A stretch of DNA of 43,556 nucleotides from NCBI RefSeq assembly GCF_001194135.2, contig NC_068982.1:38785375-38828930 (forward strand), read 5' to 3'. The notes under the pieces were generated by a model. That model did not search any database. It saw only the letters and a list, made by a program, of their open reading frames with translations, and was not told the DNA's origin. Every line of letters starts with the position of its first letter. Within the stretch, counting starts at the first letter, position 1. Origin of the DNA: Octopus bimaculoides (taxonomy: Eukaryota). Made by a program: the position numbers and the translations under genes. Shown here one piece after another: positions 23,251 through 36,007 of this stretch.

Positions 23251-23809
23251 ACGTCCGATTGAAATCTTTGCTATTTAACCATAATCCATTTTGTATTAAA
23301 TGTAATGGCCAGGAATAGCTTTATTTAGCCTAGGGATCATGTCATAGAGCTGGGTTTTGTGAAACGATGGGAATGTATATCTTAGACTTATTTCGAGAAA
23401 GTTGTTACGCAGAGTTCCCCTCATTCTTGACTACTTCTTTTGCGAAGAATGGTCACACTGTGAATGTTCTCAGGAAGGTGTTCATCCGTGTATTCAAACA
23501 ATTATATTTAAAGAATCACAGTAGATATGGATTTTTTTTTTATGGACATTCATCATGCAGACTTTCTGTGGCTCTTGTCCCACTGGTGAGAACCAGTCCT
23601 ACTTGTATGTTCTTTTATCGGGGTATAGCTTCCTTAAATCCATGCTGTTTTGTCCCGGTCTGTTCAAGTCTGATATCGACCAAAGCAGGTTAGAATACCA
23701 ACGGTAGCACCTCGAGAAGGATATGGCTCTTAACCACGCAGTACGGTCTTAGACCAGGAGAGATTATAGGTTCACTTCGCTACTTCCTAAAGGATCAAGT
23801 ATCATCCCA

Positions 23810-24540
23810 CCACTACAGTTAATTTCTTAGTTATAATTCTAGATTCAGATACTGGTAATATTGACCCAATAGTAAACCTAACAAATTTTTGCGGTATATT
23901 TACATATACAACCTTCTTCCAATAAAACGTAGAAACTAATAATATTAGTAAATGTATATCCAGTTTATTCTTTTAATAAAGAATATTTTAATGACGCATC
24001 AAAAAACGGCTGCTTCACAGACGGGATACTTATAGAACAACGCCAAGACATGAAGACGCAAATTTAGGGAACGAAATATTCTATGACGTAATTTACCATA
24101 CGGTATAAATGTTTTCTACATTTACAAGGATTTTCCTGAAAATTATAAACTAGTATTTCTGGATAACATATGATCTTTAATATAAATAACGTGAAGATGA
24201 GCAACAGTTACACCAAAATTTTAGCTGTTTCCATAGCCAGAATAAACAGAAAACTTTCAAGTACGAATATGCAAAACTCATCTTTTCTGTGAAACTGCAT
24301 CACACATAATAATCTGCCTCTTCAATAGCATATGTATTTCTGAAACAACTTTATCGAGCTAAAGTTTCCCATAGAAATAACAGTGCAGCAGAAAGCTATA
24401 TAGAACTTACAAAATATCTTTCTAATAAGTTACTCTAGCAACATGTGTACATGTAAACGCCATTGAAAACATCTCAACACCTCGTTATACAAAATTAATA
24501 CGAAGTTTAAAGGATACTAATATTCAATGTTGGGCACAAG
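23810..24540 (+). pseudogene. Penelope-like element relic (RT C-terminus, linker, GIY-YIG endonuclease)
   Basis: Frameshifted peptides in the expected order: VNFLVIILDSDTG, SKPNKFLRYIY, RNIL*RNLPYGINV (cf. RNIIWFNPPYSxNV), QLYRAKVS..SYIELT (GIY-YIG-like), SLKDTNIQ. Confidence 0.7.
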
Positions 24541-24541
24541 A

Positions 24542-25230
24542 CTAGCAATTTCTATACTTTTCAGATTGTTTGAATTCCTTCAAATGCGTTTTGGCCTGAG
24601 TACTGCTGCGCAGGCATTCCGGCATTTTGTTAATTCTGTGACACGTGGCTTGCCTTTCGTTATATGCATATATCGATGAGTTAATGGTTGCAACTAATTC
24701 TAAAAACACGAAAAGAAGACGCTTTTCGAATGTTTGACTGAGTAGAGCGTTATCATTAACCACTATTAATGTGTATTCAATTACATTTTTATCATTCTTC
24801 GCATACATCATCGACAAAGAAGGAATTCATTCACTCACCGAGAAAGGGACGTCCATTGTAAATTTTCCACTTCCAACATCACTGCGGAAAGTACGTGAAT
24901 TTCTCAGCTTAGTAAATTTTTACATGAGAGACATGCTTTGATACGGAACAAAGAAAAACCAAGCAATAATCCTAAATGGAAACGAGACAAATTAGCGAGG
25001 GCTACAATGCTGGTTCATCCCCGAACTGGTACTCTTCGTTGTTTGTTGCTCGATGCATCCGATGTCGGAGTAGGATATTCTAAAGCGGTTGGTTACTAGC
25101 ATTTGATAACCGTTGTCTTTCTTCTCAACGTAACTACAACCCACTGGATCTAAATACTGCAGTTTCGGACGGGAATTATCGGTAGTATACCTGGCATTCA
25201 AACATTTCTGATACATTTGTTAGAAGTGTC
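24542..25230 (-). pseudogene. Second, more decayed Penelope-like relic
   Basis: RPKLQYLDP, RIIAWFFFVPY, NVIEYTLIV and THLKEFKQSEKYRN occur in plausible order, but spacing is imperfect. Confidence 0.4.
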
Positions 25231-26239
25231 TGTTTTCGATGTCTAATACGGATCACAGAGAAGATCGCCACTTCGACTTAATATTCGGGACTGTGAAAGA
25301 CGGATTCAGTGTTTTGGCTGAAGAAGTGTTACGACGCAAAAAACACATTTTACAGTTCAATGACGTCATTCGTCGCCCAGTTCGATGCGTTGTATTTCCA
25401 TACACATTGTTTTCCAAAACACTAACGGAGTGAATGTCTCCACATTGTATGTATGTATGTATGCATGTATGTATGTATGTATGTGTGCGTGTGTGCGTGC
25501 GTGTGTGTGTGTGTTTGTGTACAGTATATGGGAAGACTCTTGATTCAATGATCAAGGAAACCTAAATGAATAGAAGGATCAATAAACTGCAGAACGAATA
25601 CTTTATATATATATAACAATTTCATTTGTTTTAGAACAGCGACTATGCTTTCGTGAGACTCAAATAGTTCATCAGAAACTATTATTATTATAATAATCTG
25701 TGGACGCTTCAAAGATCAAGTCTGAACATTTCTGTACGGTTCAAACTATCAAAACAAATTTGAATATATAACAGCTAAAATTAAGAAGGTTTGAAAAAAG
25801 AAATGATTCTTGGACAGAAGTTGATGTCAAAGAATTAGCGAAGGAGGAAGAGAGGAGGGGGAGTAAACAAAATGATAGATTTTAGATGAAAACATGTAGA
25901 GATAACGGCACTATATCAAGATGTCGGAAACATCCTAAATTTTAAATAAATACAAGCTCACTCTAATAAAAGAAATAAGTAGAAAAATGATGCAAATAAG
26001 TAAAATTAAATAACAATAAATTCGAAAAGAATGAAGAAATATATAAATTTTGCATCTTTATTTCCGCAGATACCCGCTTAAACATATGCGTAATTTTATA
26101 TACATATACGTACCTATGTTTCTGTATACGCACACATGTTATATACAGTCATGCCCGCATAATTACACAGTACCTGTACAAATGGTACAAATGTAAACAT
26201 AATATACATACGTACGTACATACATAAATATAAAAGAAC

Positions 26240-26657
26240 AAGTCTTTTATTTTTTCTTACATCTGTTTCAGTCATTAAGCTGCTGCCATGCTGGGGTACC
26301 ACCAAGAAGAACTTTTAGTCGAATGAATCAACCCCAGGACTCATTTTTTTTAAAAGTCTGGTACTTATTCTATCGGTCACTTTTTGCAAAACCGCTAAGT
26401 TACGAGGACGTAAACAAACCAACAGCAGTTGTCAAACGGTAGTCGGGAATAAAAACAGAAACAGACAGACACACACACATATATACATGTATGTGTATGC
26501 GACGGGATTTTTTCAGTTTCTGTCTACCAAATTCACTCACAAGGCTTTGGTTGGCCCGAGGCTATAGTAGAAAATACTTGCTAAGGTGCCGCGCAGTGGA
26601 ACTGAACCCGGAACCATGTGGTTGCGAAGCAAGCTTCTTACCACACAGCCATGACTG
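26240..26657 (-). mobile_element. SINE family B, full length
   Basis: Aligns with 42025-42392. Confidence 0.9.
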
Positions 26658-26872
26658 TATACACGCATACACTACACATATATGCACATAATTCATCCAA
26701 ACGTAAAAAAAAAAAACTTAATCCATTTGGTTACATATTTATGCTACAGAATATGTCCATGCTTATTGACCGAAATCATTTCAAAATTCCTATTCAAAAC
26801 TGAATCTCTCAAGAAATAATTTCTTCCTATCCTTCTTGATTTTAAAACGTGATATATTTAAATTTATTTTAA

Positions 26873-27086
26873 ACCTTTAGCATTTAAGCCGGCCATATCA
26901 AGCTTAAAGATTCTACCTATTCAAACTGACCAGATTCAGCCTCTCACGTCGACTCTACAATGTCATTCTAAAAATAAATACTCGCACCATCATTATCTCA
27001 AAGCTATGAGATAATGCATGATTAATTTTCTAAAAATGTAAATAAATAAGTAATTAATTCGACAGAGTAATCTGAATGCTAAAGCG
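26873..27086. mobile_element. piggyBac-type MITE
   Basis: TTAA-ACCTTTAGCATT ... AATGCTAAAGCG-TTAA, with TTAA at 26869-26872 and 27087-27090. Confidence 0.75.
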
Positions 27087-27144
27087 TTAAATAATCGCGT
27101 GACCAACAAATGTTCTAAATTAATTATTGTCAGGTTCTGATCAG

Positions 27145-27310
27145 CTATACACGCGCGCGCGCGCACGTGTGTGTACGTGTGTGCGTAATGATACAGATAT
27201 AACTGTATCAGTATCTGCATCTATACACAAACGCACGCACGCATATACGTGCGCACGCACGCACGCTCGCATGCACGCACACACGCGCTCGCGCACGCAC
27301 ACACGCTGAC
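27145..27310. repeat. Mixed (CA/CG/TG)n low-complexity repeat
   Basis: Direct reading. Confidence 0.9.
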
Positions 27311-28029
27311 ACACCCTTTTAAGAAAATGAGTCCAAAAAAAAAAAGGTATTTTGCTACGTCTAGAGACATATCAGGTGTTTAAGATGAGAAGTGGCATGC
27401 CTTGTATGGTTACAGATAAATATACTCTTAGCAAACCATGCAATTTCACTGATATCATCAACTGTCCACTCAATAACAACTGTTTAGTTAAGGACGTATA
27501 TATGAGTGTATAGTAAGCCACCATATCTTCTAAAGCCTACATAAGTATTATCTCCTATACTTTTAAGATACAACTCACACACTCATTCTATAAATGAAAC
27601 TGCTTTCGTTAGTTATATTCACTCTCTTGAAAACAAATCCGTAACATACAATCTCTACTGAAAAATCTTACACTGGAAACCACAAACCGTGCAGCCTTTG
27701 CATGAACGAAAGATTGAGAAGCCTATACTCTAAAGATAACCAAGTAGACTTAATTACTGAAGGAACTCATATTCATAATACCTATAGGACTTGCAAGCAT
27801 TTCAGTCTTTCCGGTTTCACTAACCGATAACTCTCCCGCAGTGATAAATCTAATCTTCTCGCAAACCTCACTTCTTGTTTGTTTTGTTCGTCTTTACATT
27901 TTCCTACAATTTCTTCATTTATGATACATATTTTTAACTAATTTTCATTCACCTGACTACCTTTCGATAATTTCACTATTGTAGGATATAAACTTGTCAT
28001 GGTTTTCGTATTTACTACATCCCATTACT

Positions 28030-28196
28030 TACTTATGCATGCGTGCATGCAGTGCACAGAGGCACACGTATGTATCTATATTCGTTTATACTGTTATATA
28101 TACTGTGTATTGTAATTTATGTATTGTGTGTTATACCATCATGCTTTCCTTTCTAGGTATTGCTTGTGATGTAATTGTGCGCGTGCGCATATATAG

Positions 28197-28233
<37 letters not shown>

Positions 28234-28890
28234 CACATTTCGATGTCTACGTATGTGCATGCGTGCATTTACATGCACACACATGCGTATATTTATGCTA
28301 TTTTCGTATTTCGTGCATGTATACACATGCATATATACTGGCGTTTGTATATGTATTTGTGTATGAACGTGTGTGTACGAGTCATTTATGCATCTGTATT
28401 TATATTTACAGTTACATGTTATTTCGCAATCGTTATTTCTTTCATGGGCTTGCTGGACGAGTGACATTGTGAGTGTGCTTGTATTTGTACATTTAAATAT
28501 ATATGTGTGTGTGTGTGTGTGTGTGATTATACACATGTTTATAGCTTATGTTTAATATTATGTTTAATATTATGGAAGTGCGTGTGTGTGTGTGCATGTA
28601 CGCCCTTCATATGTGTGTGTATGCCTGTATGTCCCTCCGCAATAACATGTGTGTATGTATGCATGTGTATACGTATGTATGTGTACATATACATATGTGT
28701 ATATATATGCGTATATATATGCATATTTATATATATATATATGTGTAAATATATGCATACACACACACAAACACGTGTTTCGGAAGACCTGAAGACAAGC
28801 GAAAGCTCTTACGCAAAACTCTTTTCTATCAGGTATCTGGTAATTTGAATTACAAATATGTGTGTGGTGCATATGTGTGAGTGTGTGTGT
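28030..28890. repeat. Degenerate (TG/TA/CA)n low-complexity region
   Basis: Direct reading. Source of many Cys/Val/Tyr/His/Thr pseudo-ORFs. Confidence 0.9.
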
Positions 28891-30632
28891 CTTCTTGTAT
28901 GCAGGTCAGTGCATCGCCAACACTAGCACCTTCACTTCTACAATCATTACCTGTTTCACGATCATGACCACCGCTATAATTCGCATCACCGCCTTCGCCA
29001 TGGCCATATAGTTTTCCATATTTTCATAATTTTTTCATTATCAACATCACAATCCTCCTTCTCCCTCCTCCCCTCCTCCCATCCCCTCTTCCTTGTCTTC
29101 ATCACTGTCGCCACTGCACTTATATTACTTGAACAAACACCGAATATTCCAAGTGATGTCTTCTACTTGGCTTGGTCACTTATGTGCCAATAAAATATAT
29201 TTAGTATAGTTTCAAAAGTTCCGTTGTGATAGATAGACAGATAAAGAGAGGCATATTTACATGTACGAAAACACGCGTACAAGTGGTGCACACGTACGTA
29301 CGCATGCACACGCGCGCACACACACACATACATTCATGCCGAAACTGCAAATATGGTGACTCTTAATGTCATGTCTCCTATTTTCGAAGGTAACATGAGG
29401 AATGACACTTAAACCCGTAAATGGATGTAATGAGAAAAAAAAAGCATCATTTGACTGGATGCATATGATGATATAAGATGGATTTAAAAAAAAAAAAGAA
29501 ATATTGGAATAAAAAAATGAATAAATAGATAAATTACGGTATTATTTAATGAAGTCAGTTGTAGTTATACTAGTCTACAACCGTTCCGGCGTCATTTAAG
29601 CGCAGATACTACAAAAATACTACAATATTTAAGAAAGAAAATAACAGATAGAGAAAGGAAGTGAGGAAACGAATAATGAACAACGTAGAAAAGCTAAAAG
29701 AAGTATGGTTAACCTTGAAAATGCGCTGAAAAATCTCTCTCTATTTTCAAAGTCATGTATAATGAACAACGTACAATTCAGCATGCAAAGAAACAATGAT
29801 TGCTGGAACAAAAGAAGACCAAAAACGTAAAACGAAAGCTAGAGAGAGAAAGTAGTGGAATGTGATGAACATTATGGAAACTTCTCATTTCAAATTTTTA
29901 TAGTAAACTTTGGTAGCATTACGTAGCAGGTATTTTTGCTTTTTGCAAACAATCACAATGATTATTCGTTATTGAATTTAAACTGTTCTTATCCTGTAAT
30001 AAGAGTAAAACTTTTCTGAGTTCAACAAAGGTGACAACTGAGCGTTTCTGTTTTTATCACGTTTGTAAGAAAGCTTAAAAGCAAGAATAACCAAGTTTAT
30101 GTTTGCGATGTTGTTACGTTTTTTTTTCGCTTACAAATATTCTCAGCAATTCCACTCATTTCTTACAGTCGCCCACATAATTGTACATCTAATACCTCTT
30201 TACTTTGCCTTGAAATGTTTTGCTAAAGTAATATTTCTTTAAACATCAGTTTATTTCAATTTATTTATAACATTTATTACTACTCATCATTTTCCATTTA
30301 CTGCCGTTTTATTTATCTCATTTTATCTATTATGTTACTTATCTTATTTAATATATTCATCGCTGATCCATCTGAACTAATTTTTGAAATTTAACATATC
30401 TCATTTCTCTTGCTTTTCATAATCAAATTACATTTAAACGGGTGCATAATAATGAAAAAAAAACAAACTTTTCCATGCCAGCTCGTCTTAGCACTTGCAC
30501 ACGAGATTGCATGCATGTTTACGTCAATGAACGTATGTGCACAAGTGGAAGCATGAAGATATACACTTGGGGGTGCAATTATGATCAGGTATGGTAATGC
30601 ATGCATAAGAATGTAGATTACATTCACGTGCA

Positions 30633-31905
30633 TTTTTTTAAAGCATTCGCTCGTTACAAGGTCCTTAGACCACTGAAAACGTAAGAGCTACTAGAAAAAA
30701 TCGGATACTAGACAGAAGTCAATGGGTGACGATCTACATTAGACTTAGACTGGAGGTCATATTGAAGAGGAAAACAAGACTGTGAAGGTAATCCCAAAGT
30801 TCAGAGGTGCCAGGGAACATATTGGTACTGTAAAGAGTTTGCACAGTATAGTGATGAGAACTGGATGCAAGTCTAGTTGATCGCTGATAAGTTCTTAAAG
30901 GAAGAACCAGAGAAGAGAGGTCAGCTGAATAATGTCCATGAAAATACTTATAGAAAAGAGACAAGGAAGCCACACGACGACGATGAGAGAGTGAATCCAA
31001 TTTAGAAGTTAGATCAGGACCAATAGCATTACAAGTACGGCGTTGAATGCAGTCCAACAGAGTTAAACAATCCGCAGGGGCACCTGCCCGTATGTAACAA
31101 CAATACTCAATGCAGGGGCGATTGGTGTACTTATAACGATAAAGAATAGTCTCAGGAATGAGATAACTCCTCGAACAATGGAGTGAGCCGACCTTCATTG
31201 CAGACGATTTGACAATAGATTCAAAGTAAATCCGCCAAGAAAAATCATTACAGAAAGCCTCTCCAAGGAGACGAAGAGAACGACTCTCAGATAAAGTCGA
31301 TACCATCCATCGAAATCGATGGCAAGAAAGGATGCCTGAAACGATTAATTGAAAGAAGTTTAGTTTTCGATGGATTGAACGTTGCAAGCCATTTCCTACC
31401 TCACTCAACAATAGATCGAAGATTATTCTCAAGGTTAGCAGCGATCTCGACCATATCAGACAAGTCGTCAGATTTGTTCAAACAAGAGTACAAAATGGAA
31501 TCATCAGCATAGATTACTAGCTGACAGATGATATGATCAGGCAGATCACTGATAAAAAGAAGCGAGTTAGGCCCAGGATAGATCCTTGAGGAACCCCTAG
31601 CATTAATAGAATAACTAGATGAAGATTGACCATCAAGAACAACCTTGATCCTACGGTCATAAAGGAGAGAGGTGATGATGTTCAGCATGAAACCTGAGAC
31701 ACCAAAGGATTGGAGCTTCTATAGAAGTCCAGTATGCCAAATCCTATCAAATGCCTTAGTGATATCTAAAGCAATTGCCGTAGCTTGACCAGGTACATTC
31801 AAGGCACGATAAACAGTGGGAACATTAGCAATAGACCGTCCGGCACGGAAACCATATTGAGAGTCTGAGAATAAACGATTTAAGTCAAGATATTTTACAA
31901 GAACG
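30633..31905 (-). pseudogene. 5'-truncated CR1/L2-group LINE, RT domain and C-terminus, with frameshifts
   Basis: SQYGFRAGRS, LDITKAFDRIWH, YADD, RPCIEYCC and LSHRRRVASLSLFYKYFHG motifs. A-run at about 30633-30640 is a likely tail. Confidence 0.92.
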
Positions 31906-32217
31906 TTATGTGCACATATGCATGTGTATGTGTATTGCGAACATACATATTCGACTATCCGAATCTATACTGCACGATTCTACATGCGTGTGAGTGCGAA
32001 TGTCTCGTAAATGTGTGTGTGTAGAGTGTGCGAATAGCAAACCTGTCCAGGTATGTATCTGTATATTCATAAGAGCGTGTGCATGTATGCGTATATATTA
32101 CCCGATTGTGTACATGTTTATATGTGCTCACAATAGCATGAATAGATGCGTACACGTGTGATGAAAATGACAAATCTTGTGAGAAAAGTTATCTCTTTTG
32201 AACCTCTCCCTCTCTGA

Positions 32218-32251
<34 letters not shown>

Positions 32252-32257
32252 ATATAT

Positions 32258-32420
32258 TCTTTCGTTTGTTTCAGTCATTAAACTGCAGTCATACTGAGGC
32301 TCCGCCTTGAAGAGTTTTGTCGTCTGTTATTTGTAAGTCTGGTAATTATTCTGTGGGGGACGTAAACAAACCAACATCAGTTATCAAGAGGCGAATGCGA
32401 CAAACATAACACAAAGACAT
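32258..32420 (-). mobile_element. SINE family B, 3' part
   Basis: GTTTCAGTCATT..GCCTTGAAG..GACGTAAACAAACCAACA as in the other family B copies. Confidence 0.75.
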
Positions 32421-32546
32421 GCACACAGATATATTCATATATTGGCAAACTACAAGGAATTTTGTGTAGCTTTGCGTCGGCAAGACTTGAAAAAATATAT
32501 AGAAACAAGTGAAAGGGGTGCAGTGAACTTGCTGTGAGGAGTAAAA

Positions 32547-32583
32547 TATCCAACGTTTCGGATGAAATCCTTCGTCAGGGGGT
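32547..32583 (-). ncRNA. Minimal hammerhead ribozyme motif (PLE type), weak stem I
   Basis: CCCC-CUGACGA-A-GGAU(UUC)AUCC-GAAA-CG-UU-GGAUA. Core and stem II are intact; stem I has only about 2 bp. Confidence 0.6.
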
Positions 32584-32806
32584 TGAGAAAAAGAGAAGTT
32601 GAAGAAAGACAGAGTTTTACATCCTCTCAGCTTCAAAAACTGGCTGCAACTGATAATGAACGCAGAATAACACGAGCTATAAGCGTCAAACAGAAGTTAT
32701 AGGAGAGGGCATGCAGGAAGGAGGAGGAAAAGGGTGATGGAGAGAGTGGAGGTAAGTAAATACAGGGTATAGTAGAAAACACTTGGCCAGTGTATATATA
32801 TATATA

Positions 32807-32853
<47 letters not shown>

Positions 32854-34110
32854 GTCTTAGAATACATTTTTTCCATACCGCCCACCTCTGAAGAGCATGT
32901 GATGTTACTTAATCACGACGTTACCTAATACTCGGTTATCTAATACCATGTGAGTAACTGATTAGTAAGATTAGCTGAAATGGATCTATAATGCTGTAAA
33001 CTTGAAATATATATATATAGGTAATTTGTATGAAAACTGAAGCTGTGTGGTTTATCTCATACATATGTCGGTTTAGTGTTGAGTGTCGGAAGAATACTCT
33101 TTACCGTAATAGCTTGAATTTTTTTTTCATTTTGGTCGAGTCAGTCTGTACACAGAGACTTGAGCAAAGTTACAACTTGTTTGAAGACCTTGTGCATCCA
33201 CGGGAAAAACTCAGAGGAGCAAGAAACTTGTTCGACTAATTTATAAACACACACATACACTTTTTGTGTTATGCTTAGAAGCGATGCATTTTACCAGAAT
33301 TTTTCAACTCGTGTCCAATAGAACAAACCACTCCAAATCCTTGTTAGATTATCTGTGTAAACGAAGGGCAGGCTAGCTTGTAGTGACTTTGAGTTGTATA
33401 ACATAATAATAAAATCAAGCAAAATATTGTTATTTTGAACGCATTTAATACATGTATTTCAGATCATTATGCAAGAAGGAAGAAAAAAGTAATCTCTTAC
33501 ATAACATCTTCAATTACGACAATGTTGAAATTTTATTTCCAGTCCAATTTATTTCAGTCCAATCTACTCTTATACTCTCTTCCAAGTATATATAATATTG
33601 ACTAGCTCTGTCATATAACTTCAACTTCATATAGTTTCTTTCAGTAAAAAAAAAGAAGAAAAATTTATTCATTCGATAAATTCTGTTCATGGGCCTTTTT
33701 CAAGATATTTTCTCTATTAATGTAATATCATTCGATTCGTATCTTCAATATGTATAATATTGATTGTCTTTATCAAATAGCCACAATATCATAAGACACC
33801 CCTCTTGGAAAAGAGGGAAACTATTTACCTATTAAATTTTGTACATGGAACCATTTCATATTTTTCACAATTTGTTCTGTCTTTATAAAGTACGAGCAAT
33901 TTATATATCCACAGTGATCCAACTCTTTCTAGAATGCTCCCCTAGGTATGTAAAATGCAATTGCATTTTTTCATTGCATCTTATCAAAGTTGAGCATCAA
34001 ATTTAAACGTTCTTCTGACTACCCTTCTAAAATATATATTTTTTTATCTTGTTTTCTTTTTGTATCTTGTTTTTGTTTTCCTTCATGTGTACTTTTCCAA
34101 TGAATGGGAT

Positions 34111-34158
34111 TTTTTTCCTGTATTTTTTTTCCTGTATTTTTTTCCTGTATTTTTTTCC
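34111..34158. repeat. Short tandem repeat (T)nCCTGTA x3
   Basis: Direct reading. Confidence 0.85.
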
Positions 34159-34338
34159 TACAAAATTTATATATTGGCTACTGTCTGAACATTGGAGACC
34201 TGAAACTCGGAATAATGGTTAGTGAAGTTTTCAAATACCAAAAAATCATATCATCTATCAAGTACTTTCTTTTCTCCTTCACAATTTCTTGTGTATTAAC
34301 AATATACATAAATACACATATATACATAAACACACAGT

Positions 34339-34704
34339 GGAGGTGCAATGGCCCAGTGCTTAGGGCAGCGGACTCGCGGTCATAGGATCGCGGTTTCGAT
34401 TCCCAGACGTTGTGAGTGTTTATTGAGCGAAAACACCTAAAGCTCCACGAGGCTCCGGCAGGGGATGGTGGCGAACCCTGCTGTACTCTTCCACCACAAC
34501 TTTCTCTCAGTCTTATTTCCTGTTGTGCCTGTAATTCAAATGGTCAGCCTTGTCACACTGTGTCACGCTGAATATCCCCGAGAACTACGCTAAGGGTATA
34601 CGTGTCTGTGGAGTGCTCAGCCACTTGCACGTTAATTTCACGAGCAGGCTGTTCCGTTGATCGGATCAACTGGAACCCTCGACGTCGTAAGCAACGGAGT
34701 GCAA
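34339..34704 (+). mobile_element. SINE family C, full length, tRNA-Arg-like head
   Basis: A box TGGCCCAGTG, anticodon-like GACTCGCGGTC, B box GGTTTCGATTCC, then about 290 bp of body shared with 4352-4540. Confidence 0.9.
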
Positions 34705-35059
34705 TGTCATTCGGTTGACAGTACGTACTGATTGTAATTCACTTTATTTTAATCTCACAAAATTAATTTATTAGTTTGTTGAAATTCTTTCGTCAGAATC
34801 TGTTACATTATCGCTTATCTACGATGTGTCCCTCATGCATCACTCCGTGCTAGTATGCAGTCATTTTTTGCTTAATGCTAGTTTCTTAAATTATTTTATT
34901 TTTCGTTTTTTGGTGTCGTGTGTCATTTTAATTGGATAGGTGGCACTCTTTATAATTTTAGGTATGTCGGTGAGTACCTATATGTGTTTTGTGCGTGTTA
35001 TACATACACGCTAGTTTTTTTTTTGTTGTTTCTCCGATATCATGATATTTATGGCTTAT

Positions 35060-35620
35060 TACTCTATCATCTATTCATGCGTGTCGGCATTTTGCTCCAG
35101 GTGGCTTGATATCCATTTCTCTTATTAAGTTTGTTTGTCTTTCTGTATTCGTCACATAAATAACTATCTTTACATACTTCCATACTTCCATATGCATATA
35201 CACGTGTAGGTACACACACATACCGTACATATATATACATCTACTTACTTATAAACATACATACAAATAGTTATACACACATGTACATATGCTCGTACAT
35301 ACGTACCCCTATATATATATATGCATCCATGTACATGTATATTTATGTATGTCATTGATTCTTTAGTTTTGCATTGCATTTGTTATATTTGCAGTATTAA
35401 TTTTTGACTTGATACTCATGGTGGGATATGTTTGGTGTGAGTGATGATGGTGCTATTCCGTTGGAATGTTTGCTTTTTTTAAGGCAGAGGCTAGTTTCTG
35501 TCTCTAGTATGTTTTGAGAAGAGATGCAGCAGATTTGTTTGTGGTATTCCTAAATGAAGTACGAAGTGTGTATCGTTTATTAAGATTTAAGTGTAAGCTA
35601 TTAAAAATTCATTATTCAAC
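35060..35620 (-). pseudogene. Penelope-like endonuclease/C-terminal relic interrupted by low-complexity DNA
   Basis: KRYTLRTSFRN..SLLK and LKKANIP, then after the repeat KLNKRN..KCRH, typical of PLE C-termini. A degenerate CTGACGA hammerhead-like motif lies downstream at 34772-34796. Confidence 0.5.
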
Positions 35621-36007
35621 ATTATTCAACGTGTTTTTATCATCCTGTTGTATAAAGTTCTTATAGTGGAGGTAGATCGCACGCTAAAGTGTAAAAGGGT
35701 AAGAAAAGGTAGACCGCACTCTTAAAGTAATTTCACAGCGTAGACAGGATACTGCGGTAGGCCGCACGCTAACGTAGGATGCTGCGATAAATCGCACGCT
35801 AAAGTAGCACCAACATAACTATACCACGTGATGAAAATCCCAAATTTTGGTTGACCAAAATTTTGCTGGTGTATTGTCTTCCTTTTGCTGCGTTTTAACA
35901 AAATAGGAACTTCCACTAGTCCCACTTTTTTTCCTTCTTTAAACCATACGAATTTTGTATTAACAACACGCCTTAAGATAACACATTGGATTATTTCTAC
36001 CAAAATA

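Noticed and set aside
23367-23693. 108-aa ORF as upstream part of the Penelope RT
   Set aside because: Only faint resemblance (FYRG for YRDD) and the spacing does not fit.
27994-28872. Cluster of overlapping Cys/Val/Tyr/His-rich ORFs
   Set aside because: Translations of degenerate TG/TA/CA repeats.
34339-34410. tRNA-Arg(TCG) gene
   Set aside because: Continues into a SINE body also present at 4352-4540; the 3' acceptor strand is missing.
35671-35805. CRISPR array
   Set aside because: Eukaryotic context, short degenerate repeats, irregular and partly repeated spacers, and no cas genes.
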